A model generated the notes under the pieces. The model was not told the origin of the DNA and did not search any database. It saw only the letters and a program-made list of their open reading frames with translations. From Mantamonas sphyraenae STR306 (Eukaryota > Protista > CRuMs), in NCBI GenBank assembly GCA_026936335.1, contig JAPMXV010000061.1, forward strand, positions 62,001 to 126,000: a DNA stretch of 64,000 nucleotides, written 5' to 3'. A program made the position numbers and the translations under genes. Shown one piece after another: positions 14,068 to 27,198 of the stretch; the first letter of the stretch is position 1, and every line of letters starts with the position of its first letter.

Positions 14068-15034
14068 ATGGCGCATGGCGAGGTGCTGTTGGCCACATTG
14101 ACGTATGGGTGTGTGAGTGCTGCCATGACACTGTTGAACAAGAGCGTGGTTGGCGCATGGGGTTTTGACGGGGTGTTTGTGTTGATGCTGTGCCAGCAGG
14201 TGGTGACGGTGGTGCTCATGTGGACGCTGCGTGCATGGTCTGTGGTGTCGTTTGCCACACAGGTCAGTGAGAGTGGGATGGAGCTGTTTGGGATGGCGTG
14301 TCTGTATGTGGGAAACGTGGGGGTCGCCCTGGCGGCCATGGCCCGCGTGACCCTGTCTGCGTACGGGGTGCTGAAGCGAGTGACCATTGTCCTGGCCATG
14401 TTTGCCGAATGGCACTTCCTGCACGCGGTGCCGAGCCTGCGCGTGCGCGTGAGCGTGGGTCTGCTGCTGTTCGGGACGCTGGTGTCGGCTGCCGGCGACT
14501 TGCGCTTCCGTGCCGACGGGTACGCGTTGGCGCTGTGCAGTTGTGCAATGCAGTGTGCGTACATGGTTCTTGCAAAGAAAACGGGCGTGCGTGGACGGCT
14601 GGGCGTGTTTGGCGTGACTTTCTGGAACTCGTTTCTGGCTGTCCCTGTGACGCTCTTGCTGATCGGCTTGCGGGACGAGTGGCAGACGACGATTGCCTTT
14701 GAGGCGTGGGCAGAGCCGCAGTTTGTGTGGTCTGTGATGTGGAGTGTTGTGCTTGGGGTCGCGCTGACGTTTTCGATTTTCTGGGACCAACGCTGCAGCT
14801 GGACCGCTGACGGTCACGGTGGTGGGTCAGCTCAAAACTGTGGTGGTGACAATCATTGGCATGGTTGTTTACGGCGTCCACATGGACCGCACGGGAGTGC
14901 TGGGCTTGCTTTTGAACACAGCGGGCGGTTTCCTGTTTGTGCAGGCAAAACACGGCGTGCAAGCAGAGAGCGCTGTGGGGATGGGGGCATCTGGAGGCGA
15001 CGGTCAAGATGAAAAGGCAAAGGCCAAGGTGTGA
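14068..15034 (+). CDS. Nucleotide-sugar transporter, SLC35D/TPT (DMT) family
   Basis: MAHGEVLLATLTYGCVSAAMTLLNKSVV...YGVLKRVT...FWNSFLAVP...GPLTVTVVGQLKT, multiple TM helices; one extra G at ~14784 (TGGG) joins ORF 13816-15012 to ORF 14819-15034. Confidence 0.85.
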
Positions 15035-15103
15035 CTGACTGAAGGAGCAAGGTGTGACTGATTGTTGGAACAAAACTGCAGTGAATTGGTTGTGAGGCCA
15101 AGG

Positions 15104-16408
15104 TCACGCGGCCAAGCCATCCTCCTCAAGGGCCTTGACCTGCTTGTAGGCCTCTTTGACAAAGTCGCTATCGTCGTCGTTGGCGTCCATCCACTCGGGG
15201 GTGACAGGGTTGAAGCCGTTAATGAACCCTTCCACGTTGCACGCGCCACAGCAAGTGCAACAGGTGTACATACAACACATCATGACAGGAAACATGCATC
15301 GCTTTGCAGCAGGGGTGCGCGGAGGCATTTGAAAGTCGAGGAGGCTCGTGGCGCTCGGGGTGTCCGGCACCTCGACGGTCTTGGAGGCCCCCTCCATGCT
15401 GGAGAGCACACAGAGCCAGATGTAGGTAGGAAGCGGGCGGGCAACGAGACCAGCCGACTTTGGGCTTTCGGGATCGTCGATCCACTTGTACAGTTCTTGT
15501 GTGAGGAGGTCCTTGCCGTGAAGACCCGACGAGCTTGCGTTCTCCGGGCGCTGCAGGGCAATGACTCCCGGCCACAGCATGCCGTGTTTGTACTCGTCTG
15601 GGCAGTAGTCTGGAATCATGCGTTCTTTGGCAGAGAACTTGATGCCAAATGTAGTTGCGACCTCCAGGTTGGTGTCAGCAATGCCGTTGAACGGGTACGC
15701 TTCGTAATCCAAAGCCATGTTGTCTTTTGTCTGCGAGCAAACGCCAAGCACCCTGCCTCCCTCCTCTTCGATTTCCTCCTGTGTGTTGTGATCGTGCGTG
15801 GTGGGGGGGGAGGTGAGCTTGCGAGCGCGAGCACCTGCGCGGTTCCTGCCCTGCGCGCGGGCTCCATGGACCACGGGAGAAAGTAAAGACCACATAAATG
15901 CAGTGGCATAGTAAGTGTACGTGTGTGCATGCATCTGCAGTGTGTCTGGGCGTGCGTATCGAGGCGCACGGGGCTGTTGCGGTGTGGCGACGTGCGTTTC
16001 ACAAGCAAAAAGCAAGGTGTCCACGTCGGACTTGGAGAGGACGGAAACACGCGCGGGACGAGCGTCGGGGGGGCAATCCATGGTTGTGTGGGGTACGTAC
16101 GTTCAATTTCGACCATTCAAGGCAGTACTGGCGGCAGTATTGGCACCAGGAGCCTGAAAAAACAAAAAGGGGCGGGGGAACTTTTTTGTCAGCGTTTGTG
16201 TTTGTACGAGGAGGAGATGGGCGCAGCTCGTTGTAGAGGTGCACATCCAAGGCGGCCGATGCAAAAACAGCGTGGTGCACATACCCTTGTAAACAACGAG
16301 AATGAGAAACTCCACTTCCAGGAGCTGCTCTGCGAGGTGGTCCACAACGCTCTTGTCGTCTGTAGGCTCAAAGATTTTGCCCGGTTCCAACTGGTAGCTG
16401 TCACTCAT
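15104..16408 (-). CDS. Peroxiredoxin-like/AhpC-TSA thioredoxin-fold protein (WCxxC) with Cys-rich C-terminal tail, paralog 1
   Basis: Exons 16408-16285, 16153-16101 and 15778-15104 give LILVVYKGSWCQYCRQYCLEWSKLNEEIEEEGGRVLGVCSQ...IADTNLEVATTFGI...WPGVIAL...ARP; tail MMCCMYTCCTCCGAC. Confidence 0.8.
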
Positions 16409-16497
16409 GGTAATGGATGCGTGCGGATGAGCGCAGAGGACAGAAGCACAGGTTGGGATGCGTGGGCGGGCGGGACGACGGCGGACCCAAGTCGCAG

Positions 16498-17052
16498 ATG
16501 AGCCGCAAGCTGCTCGAGACGGAGGTGATGGTGGAGGAGGAAGAGGGGGAGAGCGACGAAGAGTCCGGTGACAGACAGATGTCTGCGATGCGGCGGTTGT
16601 TGATGTCGTCTTCGTCGCTTTCAGTGAGCTTGTCAATGGAGTCGCTGGAGGAGATTGGCGTCGACGAGGAGGAGGACGAGGAAGAGGGGGACGAGATGGA
16701 CACGGAGAGCAGCCACGTGGAGTACAGCATCGCGTGGAAGTCGCAGGTGTACTCAGTGCGGCTGCACGAAGAGGCGACCGTGCAACAACTGCAGGAAAAG
16801 CTGGAAGCAAGCACAGGAGTACAGGCGCATCGGCAAAAGCTGATTGGCCTGCGCATCAAGGGTAAAGACACGCACGTGAGCCTGCGCACGGCGTGTCGCG
16901 GCAAGACCAGCTTCAAAATGGTGGGCACACGGGACGAAAATGTGGCCAAAGATCCGCGGCAAGTCGGTGCGTTGAAGTGCAAAGGAAAAGCAGTCCCGCT
17001 CCTCGCTCCAGACACACCCAACGCTGGAACGCCGTCCCTGCTGATGGACTGC

Positions 17053-17084
<32 letters not shown>

Positions 17085-17836
17085 CATACTTACACGCACG
17101 CAAACATACACACACACACACAGAGAATGTACCGAGGGTGGTCAACGACTTTGTGCCGACGCTGTGGCAAGTGGAGAACGAGCCAGAGTGGCAGGCGGCG
17201 CTGCAGGAACACATCGAACGGGTGGAGGTGCGGCTGCTGAACGAGCCGCGGGCAGGCAAGAAGCTGCTTGTTCTGGACGTGGACTACACTCTGTACGATA
17301 TGAAGTCCCAGGCGGAGGAGTTTGAAACTCTGCAGCGACCCTATCTGCACCGGTTCCTGGCGGCGGCCTACGAGCATTTTGACATTGTGATCTGGTCCCA
17401 AACGTCGCGTGCCTGGCTCCGTGCAAAGCTGGTTGCTCTGGGCATGCACAACGAGGGCGGGGCCAGCTCGAACGCCCCGTACAAACTGTGCTGCGTTTTG
17501 GACAAGAGCAGCATGTTCAAAATCGAGAGCGACTACCGCAGGAAGCGCATGGGTGTGCATGCCATCAAACCACTGCAGCTACTGTGGTCGAAATTCCCCA
17601 AGCTGTGGGACGCCACAAACACGATCCACGTCGACGACTACGCGCCCAATTTCGCCCTGAATCCAGGCAACGGACTCAAGGTGCATGCATTTCGCAACGC
17701 CGTTTCCACGGCATCCACAGACAACGAGCTGCTCATGCTGGGCATCTACTTGGCACAGATAGCAGATGTCGAGGACGTCTGCACACTGGATCTCGAGCGG
17801 TGGCGAGACGACGCCATGGACGAGTTTTACGGGTGA
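16498..17836 (+). CDS. UBLCP1: Ubiquitin-like domain-containing CTD phosphatase 1
   Basis: UBL (AWKSQVY...STGVQAHRQKLIGL...FKMVGT), intron 16967-17123, then VVNDF...PRAGKKLLVLDVDYTLYD...RPYLHRFL...IWSQTS...VDD, an FCP1-like HAD domain with intact DxDxT. Confidence 0.92.
17058..17122 (+). repeat. (CA)n microsatellite at intron 3' end; similar CA/TG tracts at ~24330, 28580, 38175, 49620, 55330, 57710 and 62665
   Basis: Direct reading of dinucleotide runs, mostly just upstream of acceptor AGs. Confidence 0.9.
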
Positions 17837-17855
17837 GAGAAACCAAAGAGCATTG

Positions 17856-19906
17856 TTACATTTCCAGCACAGATGCCACTCGTGTGCGATCTTGGTCGTC
17901 CAGATGCGGCTGCAGGATATCCAGGAGCTGAGAGGCGAGCGGGCGGATTTCTTGCTGGGCCTCCTCTGTGGTGGCCGTGAGCCAGCAGCGGCACGCCTTG
18001 ACAGCAAAGTCGTGTGCGTGGTGAGGCAGTCGCTGAGTGCAGACGTCAGCAAAGGCGAGGAGGACGCGCAGCGAGGCAGCCATGACATCTGTGTGGCCGA
18101 GATCGATCCGGCGTACAGCCACTCCAGGATGCGCCGCAGATACGGCAATACATCGAGTTGGACTTCGGGAAGGATGCAAAGTAGCACGTCCAGGAGCAGA
18201 ACGCGCTCAGGACGTCTGTCCATGTACAAGAGCCGGGATTCCAAAACGTCCAGCAGTGCCTGTGCATCGTGCGGCTTGCCCAGACGTGTGGTGCGCACAA
18301 GACACATCCACACGGCACGTTGCACGCTTTGCTCTTTGCACACACCCACGCAACTGCGCAGGGCGTCCAGTATCACGTCGGCAAACCAGCGAAACTGGGT
18401 CGGTGTGCTTTGGTTGCTCATATGCTCCACCATACGCACGCCAAGCTGTACATCCTCGTCCATGTGCCTGTCCAGAAGCTCCAGCAGCATCGGCAACACT
18501 GTGTCGACGTGCTCGGGCACCTGTGACCCTTGCAGCGAATCGTAGATCCAGATCAGCTGCCATTTGAGGCCCGCACCCTTTGCTCGCTTCCACTCCCCCG
18601 AGCGGAACCCTTGCTGGATGATAGCCAAGGCATCTGCGGCCAGCTCGCCCACACTCAGCTCCACGCTGTTTGCAAGCACCTGCTCAGCTGCCTTCCACAC
18701 GGCGTCATGAGATGACGCGTGTGCTCCGTACCACGCCAGTTCCACCAGCCACAGGGCCTGCTGTGACTCGTCCCCGACAGACAAGCGGCTCTGCAGATGC
18801 AGTAGAGCAGCTGCACGTGCGCACCACGGCTCTGAGGATGTGTTCCGCTCGCGCAGGATGTCCAGAACGCGCTCACTCACGCGTGCGTGGTGTGTGCGCT
18901 CAATGATGGCGCTACACGCCGCCTGTGTGTCTACTGTGTCCATGTCGCCCGATGCGAATGCATTCAGAACAGTGTCCTGGTCCACGGCGAAGGACAAGGC
19001 CTGCAGACAACTTGCTGGCAGGTCTGCACGCAATGCACGCACACACCACGCTTCGTCGAGCATCTGCGCCCATGGCCAAATGTCTTTGGAGCGTAGCAGG
19101 GAGGTGGCAAGGCGCAGATGGGTCTCGTCGGCGAGGGCCAGCTGAGTGTCCAGCAGCGCCGTGCCGTCCAGCGCCTGCACAGCGTCCCGGTGTGGATTGA
19201 GCAACTGCACGTCCCACTCCGCGTGTGCGACAATGAGCCAAGGTGCCAGTCGTGCAAGCAGTGTCGATGTGTCCTGCACGACAGCGTCTGCGACTGCAGC
19301 TTCGTAGAGCGCAGTGGCCACACGCAGCGCACTGTTGCCTGCAGCTCGTGCTCGCTGGCTGTCCTTGTGCAACAGCGCAATGGATGCGTTGAAGCACGAC
19401 AGCAATGTGTCTGAGGACAGGTCGCCCCGCCGCAACAGCGCATACCAGACGACCAACGCCTCTGCCCGCTTCCGCCATTGCCCTGCGCCTTTGCACACCC
19501 GCTGCAGCCAAACCAACGTCTGTTCACGTGACTCTTGCATGCCTGTGCCTGTGCATACACTCATGGCCAGAACCAGGGCCCCTTCCATCGACCCGACCGT
19601 GTGCAGCTCGTCTTGCACGGTTTCCTGCCATGCTGCTGTCCGTTGAAGCCGCGCAAGCGTCGTGTCATGCCCTCCTCGTGCACAAAGACAGCGGCACGCA
19701 GTGGCCCACACGTCCTTGTCGCCTTGCCGGTCGTCCAGGGCCTCCCACAGGGACTCCGCACTGGGCAGCTTCTCGTCCGTGTCCTGGTGCTCCGTATGCA
19801 CCGGTGCCGCCACAAGACCGTGCAGATCCACATGGACGTCGACCAAAGGCCCAAACTCGTGCTGGAGCTTGTCAATGTATGCCTGGGCACCAGTGGACTG
19901 GGACAT
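17856..19906 (-). CDS. TTI2: TELO2-interacting protein 2-like (TTT complex) HEAT-repeat protein
   Basis: C-terminal half resembles TTI2 (WKR..., HVDTVLPMLLELLD...LGVRMVEHM, PYLRRIL, LRVLLAFADVCTQRL); apparent 1-bp deletion near 18108. Confidence 0.65.
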
Positions 19907-19973
19907 GGAAGTGCTGGTTCTCGCTGCGCTGCGCTGCGCATGCGATGCCAACTGTGTGCGTCCCCGTCCAATC

Positions 19974-20633
19974 ATGTTTGCACGACGTCCAACCACGTCG
20001 TCTTTGTCATCGAGTGTGTGTGGTGGTGTGCGAGTGGTGCACGGCGTGTGCACGCGTTCGCTGTGCGCATCAGCGCACGATGCAAAAGGCCGCAGCGGCA
20101 ACGTGTTTTCATTCAACGGCAAGACGCCCAAGCTGGGCAAGGATGTGTTCATTGCACCCACAGCGGTGGTATTGGGCGACGTAGAGATCGGCGACGACAG
20201 CTCGGTGTGGTACGGCTGTGTGCTGCGAGGCGACGTCAACGCCATTCGAGTCGGCGCACGCACAAACATCCAGGACATGACCATGGTGCACGTGACCAAC
20301 TTTGCCGAGGCGGGTCTGGATGGACGCACCATCATTGGCGACGATGTGACCATCGGCCACAAGGCCATGCTACACGGCTGCACCCTCGAAGACCAGTCCT
20401 TTGTCGGCATGGCTGCCACCATCCTTGACGGCGTCACCGTCAGCCGGGGCGCCATGGTGGGAGCAGGTTCTCTTGTCAGTCCTGGCAAAACCATTCCTCC
20501 CAACGAGGTGTGGGCAGGCGTCCCCGCACGCAAGATGAAGGAGCTCCAGGGAGACCAGATCGGCTTCCAGACAAAGCATGCGGAGCACTACACACGTCTG
20601 GCCAAGGCACACATCGAGGAGTTTCAACAGTGA
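19974..20633 (+). CDS. Gamma-class carbonic anhydrase (left-handed beta-helix) with mitochondrial-type presequence
   Basis: R/S-rich N-terminus MFARRPTTSSLSS; FIAPTAVVLGDVEIG...WYGCVLRGDVN...NIQD...VHV...IGHKAMLHGC, with three Zn-ligand His present. Confidence 0.92.
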   Translation: MFARRPTTSSLSSSVCGGVRVVHGVCTRSLCASAHDAKGRSGNVFSFNGKTPKLGKDVFIAPTAVVLGDVEIGDDSSVWYGCVLRGDVNAIRVGARTNIQDMTMVHVTNFAEAGLDGRTIIGDDVTIGHKAMLHGCTLEDQSFVGMAATILDGVTVSRGAMVGAGSLVSPGKTIPPNEVWAGVPARKMKELQGDQIGFQTKHAEHYTRLAKAHIEEFQQ

Positions 20634-20722
20634 GCAAGACAGGCATGGAGTGCGCCGGTGGAGAGTGCACAGTGCAAAGCCCCGGCGGTTTTTCTGCGGC
20701 TGGACGCCATCACACGACCAGA

Positions 20723-21722
20723 TCACACAATTTCTTGCTCCAGCACCGCCTGCCCTTTCTTGAAAGCCTCTTGCAGACGCTCGTCTTCATCCTCGGTGAC
20801 GGTGAGAAAGTCCTCGTCCGGAAGGAACGCCGTGAGGAAATTCGCCTCGAGATTCTTGTTGCACGTGCCGCAACACATGCACACATTGTACACACAACAA
20901 GCCATGCACGTGTAGACACTAGCTGTACAGCATGGGGTCCCCTTCACAAAGTCGTAGTCGTTCTGCATGCGGATGGTGGTGGACGTGTCAGCGCTACTTT
21001 TGCGCCGGCTCTCACTCTCGCCACTCACCAGGTGTGTCACTTCAGCGTTGTCAGGGATCTCCACCGTGCGCTTATCGGTGGCTTCCAGGATCAGCAACCA
21101 GCTGTAGCTGGGCAACGGCCGGGCAATCACGCCCGCGCTCTTTTCGCCTTTGATTGGGTTGTCTACCCACGAATACAGGACGCCTTGACGTCCAATCACC
21201 ACAGTGGCAGGCCAGTACATGGATCTAGTGTACAGCTCCTGGTTTCCCAGAACAACCTCGTGCTTGATGGTGCTGAACCGGACGCCAAAGTGTTCCGCGC
21301 AGTACAGCGCGTCGTCAAGCAGCACCAGCATCCCCTGCTCGACAAACTCTTGCAATGTGTCTTCGACCAATTCCCGTTTCTGGCTGCTGACCTGGATCAG
21401 CTTGCCCCCCTCTTCCTCCACCTCCTCCTGCGAGCGGAATGGAACGTCAGCAAAAGTGTGGAACAATTCGGGAACCCCGCCCCCGCACGACACAACCTAC
21501 CCTCAGCTTCAACCACTCGGATGTGTACCGATGGCAGTATGCACACCATGTGCCCTTAACGACGACGAGAACAAGGAATTCATGCGTCTCCAGGAGCCCA
21601 TCCAAGTATTGCTGCACATCCTCCGGCTCGGAGAAGTACACGAGCGCCTCCTCCTTTCCCTTCTGCCCCTTTTCTACTACCTCCCCATCACCGTCGTGCG
21701 GACCCTGCTCATACTTTTGCAT
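20723..21722 (-). CDS. Peroxiredoxin-like/AhpC-TSA protein (WCxxC) with Cys-rich C-terminal tail, paralog 2
   Basis: LVLVVVKGTWCAYCHRYTSEWLKLR, intron 21500-21428, EEVEEEGGKLIQVSSQ...WPATVVI...KSAGVIARPLPSYSWL; tail PCCTASVYTCMACCVYNVCMCCGTC. Confidence 0.8.
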
Positions 21723-21767
21723 GGGTTCGCTGCTGTATTTCTTGTCGCAAAAGGCGCGCCCTCCGCC

Positions 21768-24700
21768 TCACGCGTCGCTGCTGCTGCTGCTCTCGCCACC
21801 CTCACTCACATCCTCACGCACCCAAAAGTACACGTAACCATGCTTGGCCACACGCGTCTCGCTTCGCGCCACGTCCGAGTCGTTGAAAATGACCCAGTCG
21901 TCGCCCACCTTGACGTGTGCGACGTAGTGCCCGCTGCTTGCCGAGTTGCCTCGGTGCGTGATGAATCCCAGCAGCCTGTACTTCCCAGCCGCATCCTCCT
22001 TCATGACAGGGCCCTCCAACTCGCCCGGCACACTGCATGTGTCCTCCACACCCAGCGCTGCTGCAAATCGCGTTGCCTGCTCCACGTTGCCCGCACACGC
22101 AGCCACCGCTTTGTGCGCAGCTCCCAGACCCACTCCAGTCGCCTCCATCACCGCTGTCACCGCTGCCTCGTCCACAGACCCGCTTCCGCCTGCTGCCTCC
22201 ACCACCACCGGATCGTTCACTCCGGGGTCGTCCATGTGCTCAAACACCCACATCGACGCCGTCTCGGCGTTGTTGTCGCATTCCAGCAGAGCACGGATGC
22301 ACGCGTTCTCGTTCAATCCCATCCCCACCAGCTGAGCCAGCGCCGCCTCGTCCACATTCGGCTTGCCCGCGCCCGCTCCGCTTCCGCCTCCACCCAGACC
22401 CAGCATCTCATCCGTCACCGTCATGCCCATGTTCTCAAACACCCACGCAATCGCCATCTCCACGTTGTTGCTGTTCTCGATCAGCGCGTACTTGCTCAGC
22501 CGCTCGTCCAGATCCATCCCCTTCATCATCTCCAGACCCTCCTCACTCCATGCGGGCGCTCCTCCGCTGCCCTTTGCCTCCTCCTCCAGTGGGTCGTTCA
22601 CTCCGGCGTCCTCCATGTGCTCAAACACCCACATCGACGCTGCCTCCGGGTTGTTGTCGCACGCAATCAGCGCCCGCTTGCACGCGTTCTCGTTCAGGCC
22701 CATCCCCACCATCTGCTCCAACGCCTCCTCATTCCACTTGGGTCCACCTCCCTCTTCCTCGCCGCTTCCGGGCATCAGCGCCTCGCCTTCCTGCGGCCCC
22801 GTGCTCGCGAATGCGCTCAGGTCCAGCGAGTCGCCCGTCTCAATCTCCACGTTCAGCTTCACCGGAACCCATCCGTTCAGGTAGAACTTCATCGCACGGC
22901 CCACAAGCACCTCGGGGAAACGCTTGAATCCAACCGTGCGCTTCACAACCACGTTGGCGTTGCACACGGGGCAGTGGTACCCGTCAATCATCGCCTCGCT
23001 GTGCGTCGCCTCCATACACTCCTCCATGGTCACCGAAATCACAGGCGCCTCCTCGGGCGTCGCCTGCAACAGCTTCCTCTCCGCCTCCTCCGTCTCTGCG
23101 TCCACCGCACTCTCCACAGACATGCCCTTTGCCTCAGCCTCCGCAGCTTCCGCCGTGCGCTTCTGCCGTGCCGCACGTGCTTCCTTCTGCGCCTGCTTCA
23201 GGTCATTTGCCGCGTTGATGGCGTCCAGCTGAGCTTGGATTTGCCCGTCCGTCTTTGGCACAGCCACGTCGATGTTCGACACCCCGCGGGTCGTCCTGTA
23301 GTTCACGCTGTGGCACTGCAGGCACTCGATGCGCTCTTCCTGGTCGAAGCGGCACTGCTCGCTCGGATCAAACCCGGAAATCGCCTCGTTCTTCGCCACC
23401 TGCGCAAGCATGAACTGCACAAACTCCATCGCGTCCTGCTGCTCCACCGTTTTAAAGTCCACGTGCTTTCCGCACACCAGCGCCTTCCACATGCGCGGGA
23501 TGATTCCCGGCTGCAGAGGCGACTTTTCCGCGTCCGCAAGCTCCTCTTCCGTCTTGCCGTCCACACGCTTTGCATACTCCCGCACATAGTCCAGCGACGA
23601 GTAGTCTCCGCTCAGCACGCCGTGTGCCAGCTTGCCCATTTGGCACTCCCAGCACTTGTAGTGCTCTTTGCGGCACACCGCATGGTGGAACGCCGCGTCC
23701 CCGTATCGCTGTTGGAACGCAGGCAGCTTCATGAACAGCTGCAGGCTCGAGTTCATGTAGCACGTGTTGCCCATGTTTGCCAGTCCCGTCAGACCCGGTC
23801 CGTACAGCTGCTCCACGGCCTTGCCCTCCTCCACTGGGCTGTTTCCAATCAGCAGCTGCGACTGCACCTCCTTCTCACTCGTGCTCGCCTCTGTCTTTTG
23901 CTGCTCCGCCACAGCGATGCCCAGGTGCGCAAGGTGGTCCGGCAGCGCCTTGTCCAGCCTCGGTTCGTCGCACGCGTAGCAGTACACGTCTCCCTTGCCC
24001 TCCGGTGTGATCGTGCCCACCTTGACCACCGTCGGGTGACCCGTCTCCTGGTGGTGCATCAGTGCATGGTTGTTGCCAGGGTCTCCTCCGTACTGCTCGC
24101 GTCCACAGCCCAGGTTTCCACACGTCAAGCAGATCCAAAAGTTCCGGTCCAGGTCGCACTTGCTGCAGTGCGCAAGCTCCTTTGCGTCCAGCTGCTCCGG
24201 CGACTCGGCCTGCACAAGCTCCTCGCAATGCATGCACGGCACAATCTGCGTCTCCCAGCTCTCCTGCATGTCGTTCTTTTCAAACGAATCGGCCGCCACC
24301 AGCTGGCTCACCATGTCGCCCACCTATCATACACACACACACACAACACACGCACGATTGCGCACACATGCCGTTCCGTGTCTGTGTTAGTGTGATGCAC
24401 CAACGCCTCCTCCATTTGTGCTCGCCCACGTCTCTGGGCCCGTGTGCTTGGGAGCCACTCAACGCCAAAACGGAATTCGTGTAAAACACCCTCCCGCGCT
24501 CCCGTGCGCCACACTCAACTCACCGCCGCCAGCGACGACTCGGTTTGGTCAATCACCACGTCACACACACGACAAAACACAGTCACTTCTGTCTCGCGGT
24601 TGGCCCCTTGCAGCGGAGCGCCGCCCTCAACGCCAATCGCCACCTTGGTCAACTTCTTCGGTGCCTCCTGACCTTCTTCAGGCTCCACCAGCACCGACTT

Positions 24701-24916
24701 GAAGTTGGCCACCAGCGGGTGGTCAAACTTCAGCGCATGCTGCTTGCTGTGCAGACCCGGGCATGCGCCGTTGAAGCACGACAGGCACACATCCACTCCT
24801 TCTGCAGACTTGTCGCCCACAAAGCACTGCGTGCACTCCTCCTTGAACACCACACGGTCGCCCACGGCGCCGCCTGCAAACTGGGATGCATGTACACACA
24901 CAGATCCAGCGCTCAT
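21768..24916 (-). CDS. USP5: Ubiquitin C-terminal hydrolase, isopeptidase T family (USP5/USP13/Ubp14)
   Basis: N-terminal cryptic ZnF (KEECTQCF...VCLSCFNG), intron 24523-24324, ZnF-UBP (CSKCDLDRNFWICLTCGNLGCGR...GNNHALMH), Cys box GLANMGNTCYMNS, QQDAMEF, His box HRGNSASSGHYVAH...WVIFND, UBA repeats. Confidence 0.95.
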
Positions 24917-25029
24917 TGTCTTTCGTTTGGCTGAAATCGCTGTTTGTTTTTCGTGCCTGTGGCAGGGCTGCCTCTCCGCTCCGAACAAACCCAACCCGCA
25001 CGACCGTCCGTCCTCCACATCGCCAACGC

Positions 25030-26307
<1,278 letters not shown>

Positions 26308-26493
26308 CTTTTGGCAATTCCCTTGGCTCAGCTTTCGCCCCCGTCGCTTGCCCACCCTCTCCTGGCCCATTCCACACCCACTGCCTCCCAAATCCTCACT
26401 CATCGCTCTTCATCAACCCGTCCCCCCACTCCATCCACTCGCTCTTCCCTCCACGCGCCTCCACCCAACCCAACAGCCTGCTTTGCCGCCCCC

Positions 26494-27198
26494 ATGTTCT
26501 TTGTCAAGACCTTGACGCGCACCGTCAAGCTGCACCCGCAGTACTTTGGCAGCAACCTCAAGCGCACCCTCATGCAGGAACTCAAGTCCCGCGTCGAGGG
26601 CTCCATCGAGGGACGTGAGGGCTTCATCATCGCTGTCGTCCAGGTGCTCGAGCAGGGCAAAGGCAAGATCCAGGAGGGCTCTGGTTACGCCTTGTTCCCC
26701 ATCACCTTCAACGCCATCGTGTGCCGCCCCTTCAAGGGCGAGGTCATGGACTGCGTCGTGAAAAGCGTCAACCAGGTATGCACCCATCCCGTCCCAACCT
26801 CCTCCGGCCTCTGCACACGGCCCTAAAGAACCAGTCGCTGCCTCGACTCCGCGCCACGCACACACCCGCCAAACCTCGCCCGCCCCCGCCTCGCTCACCC
26901 TTCCATCTGCACTCTCGTGGCTGCTCACACCTACGACTGTCCCTACCCACACGTGCACCTTTCCCCTTTCCAGATGGGTTTCTTTGCCCAGGCTGGCCCC
27001 CTCGAGGTCTTTGTCTCCCAGCACTGTATTCCCGCCGACTTTGTCTTTGACCGCAACAACCAATGGTTCGCCACCTCCGACGGCCTGAAAATCGAGGAGG
27101 ACACAGAGGTACGCACAAAGGTCGTCGGCCTTTCCTTCCAAAGCTCCTTCATCAGGATCATTGGCACCATCAAAGAGGACTTTCTCGGAGTCGCCTAG
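26494..27198 (+). CDS. POLR2G: RNA polymerase II subunit RPB7
   Basis: MFFVKTLTRTVKLHPQYFG...VEG...GFIIAV...RPFKGEVMD..VNQ, intron 26776-26973, MGFFAQAGPLEVFVS...IGTIKEDFLG. Confidence 0.96.

Noticed and set aside
13980-14564. N-terminal 195 aa of the 3518-aa ORF, suggesting genes overlapping on opposite strands
   Set aside because: It is the antisense shadow of the SLC35 transporter; the signal peptide starts at 13979 and the ORF only stays open through three introns whose lengths sum to a multiple of 3.
14780-14790. Euplotes-like programmed frameshifting as a genome-wide system
   Set aside because: No consistent motif or direction across sites; the homopolymer context favours sequencing error.
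15779-16100. Long Prx-like intron with an AT-richer core as a possible ncRNA host
   Set aside because: No C/D or H/ACA boxes or convincing stem could be identified.
17579-20533. 984-aa ORF apparently overlapping gamma-CA and UBLCP1
   Set aside because: Real TTI2-like coding is 19906-17856; the extensions come from antisense read-through and a frameshift.
15104-21722. Possible selenoproteins among the peroxiredoxin-like pair
   Set aside because: Both CxxC motifs use Cys codons; no in-frame TGA or SECIS was seen.
21204-24395. 1063-aa + strand ORF and the many other long antisense ORFs (e.g. 48049-49839, 9219-10751)
   Set aside because: Shadow ORFs of GC-rich genes on the opposite strand, with no recognisable motifs.
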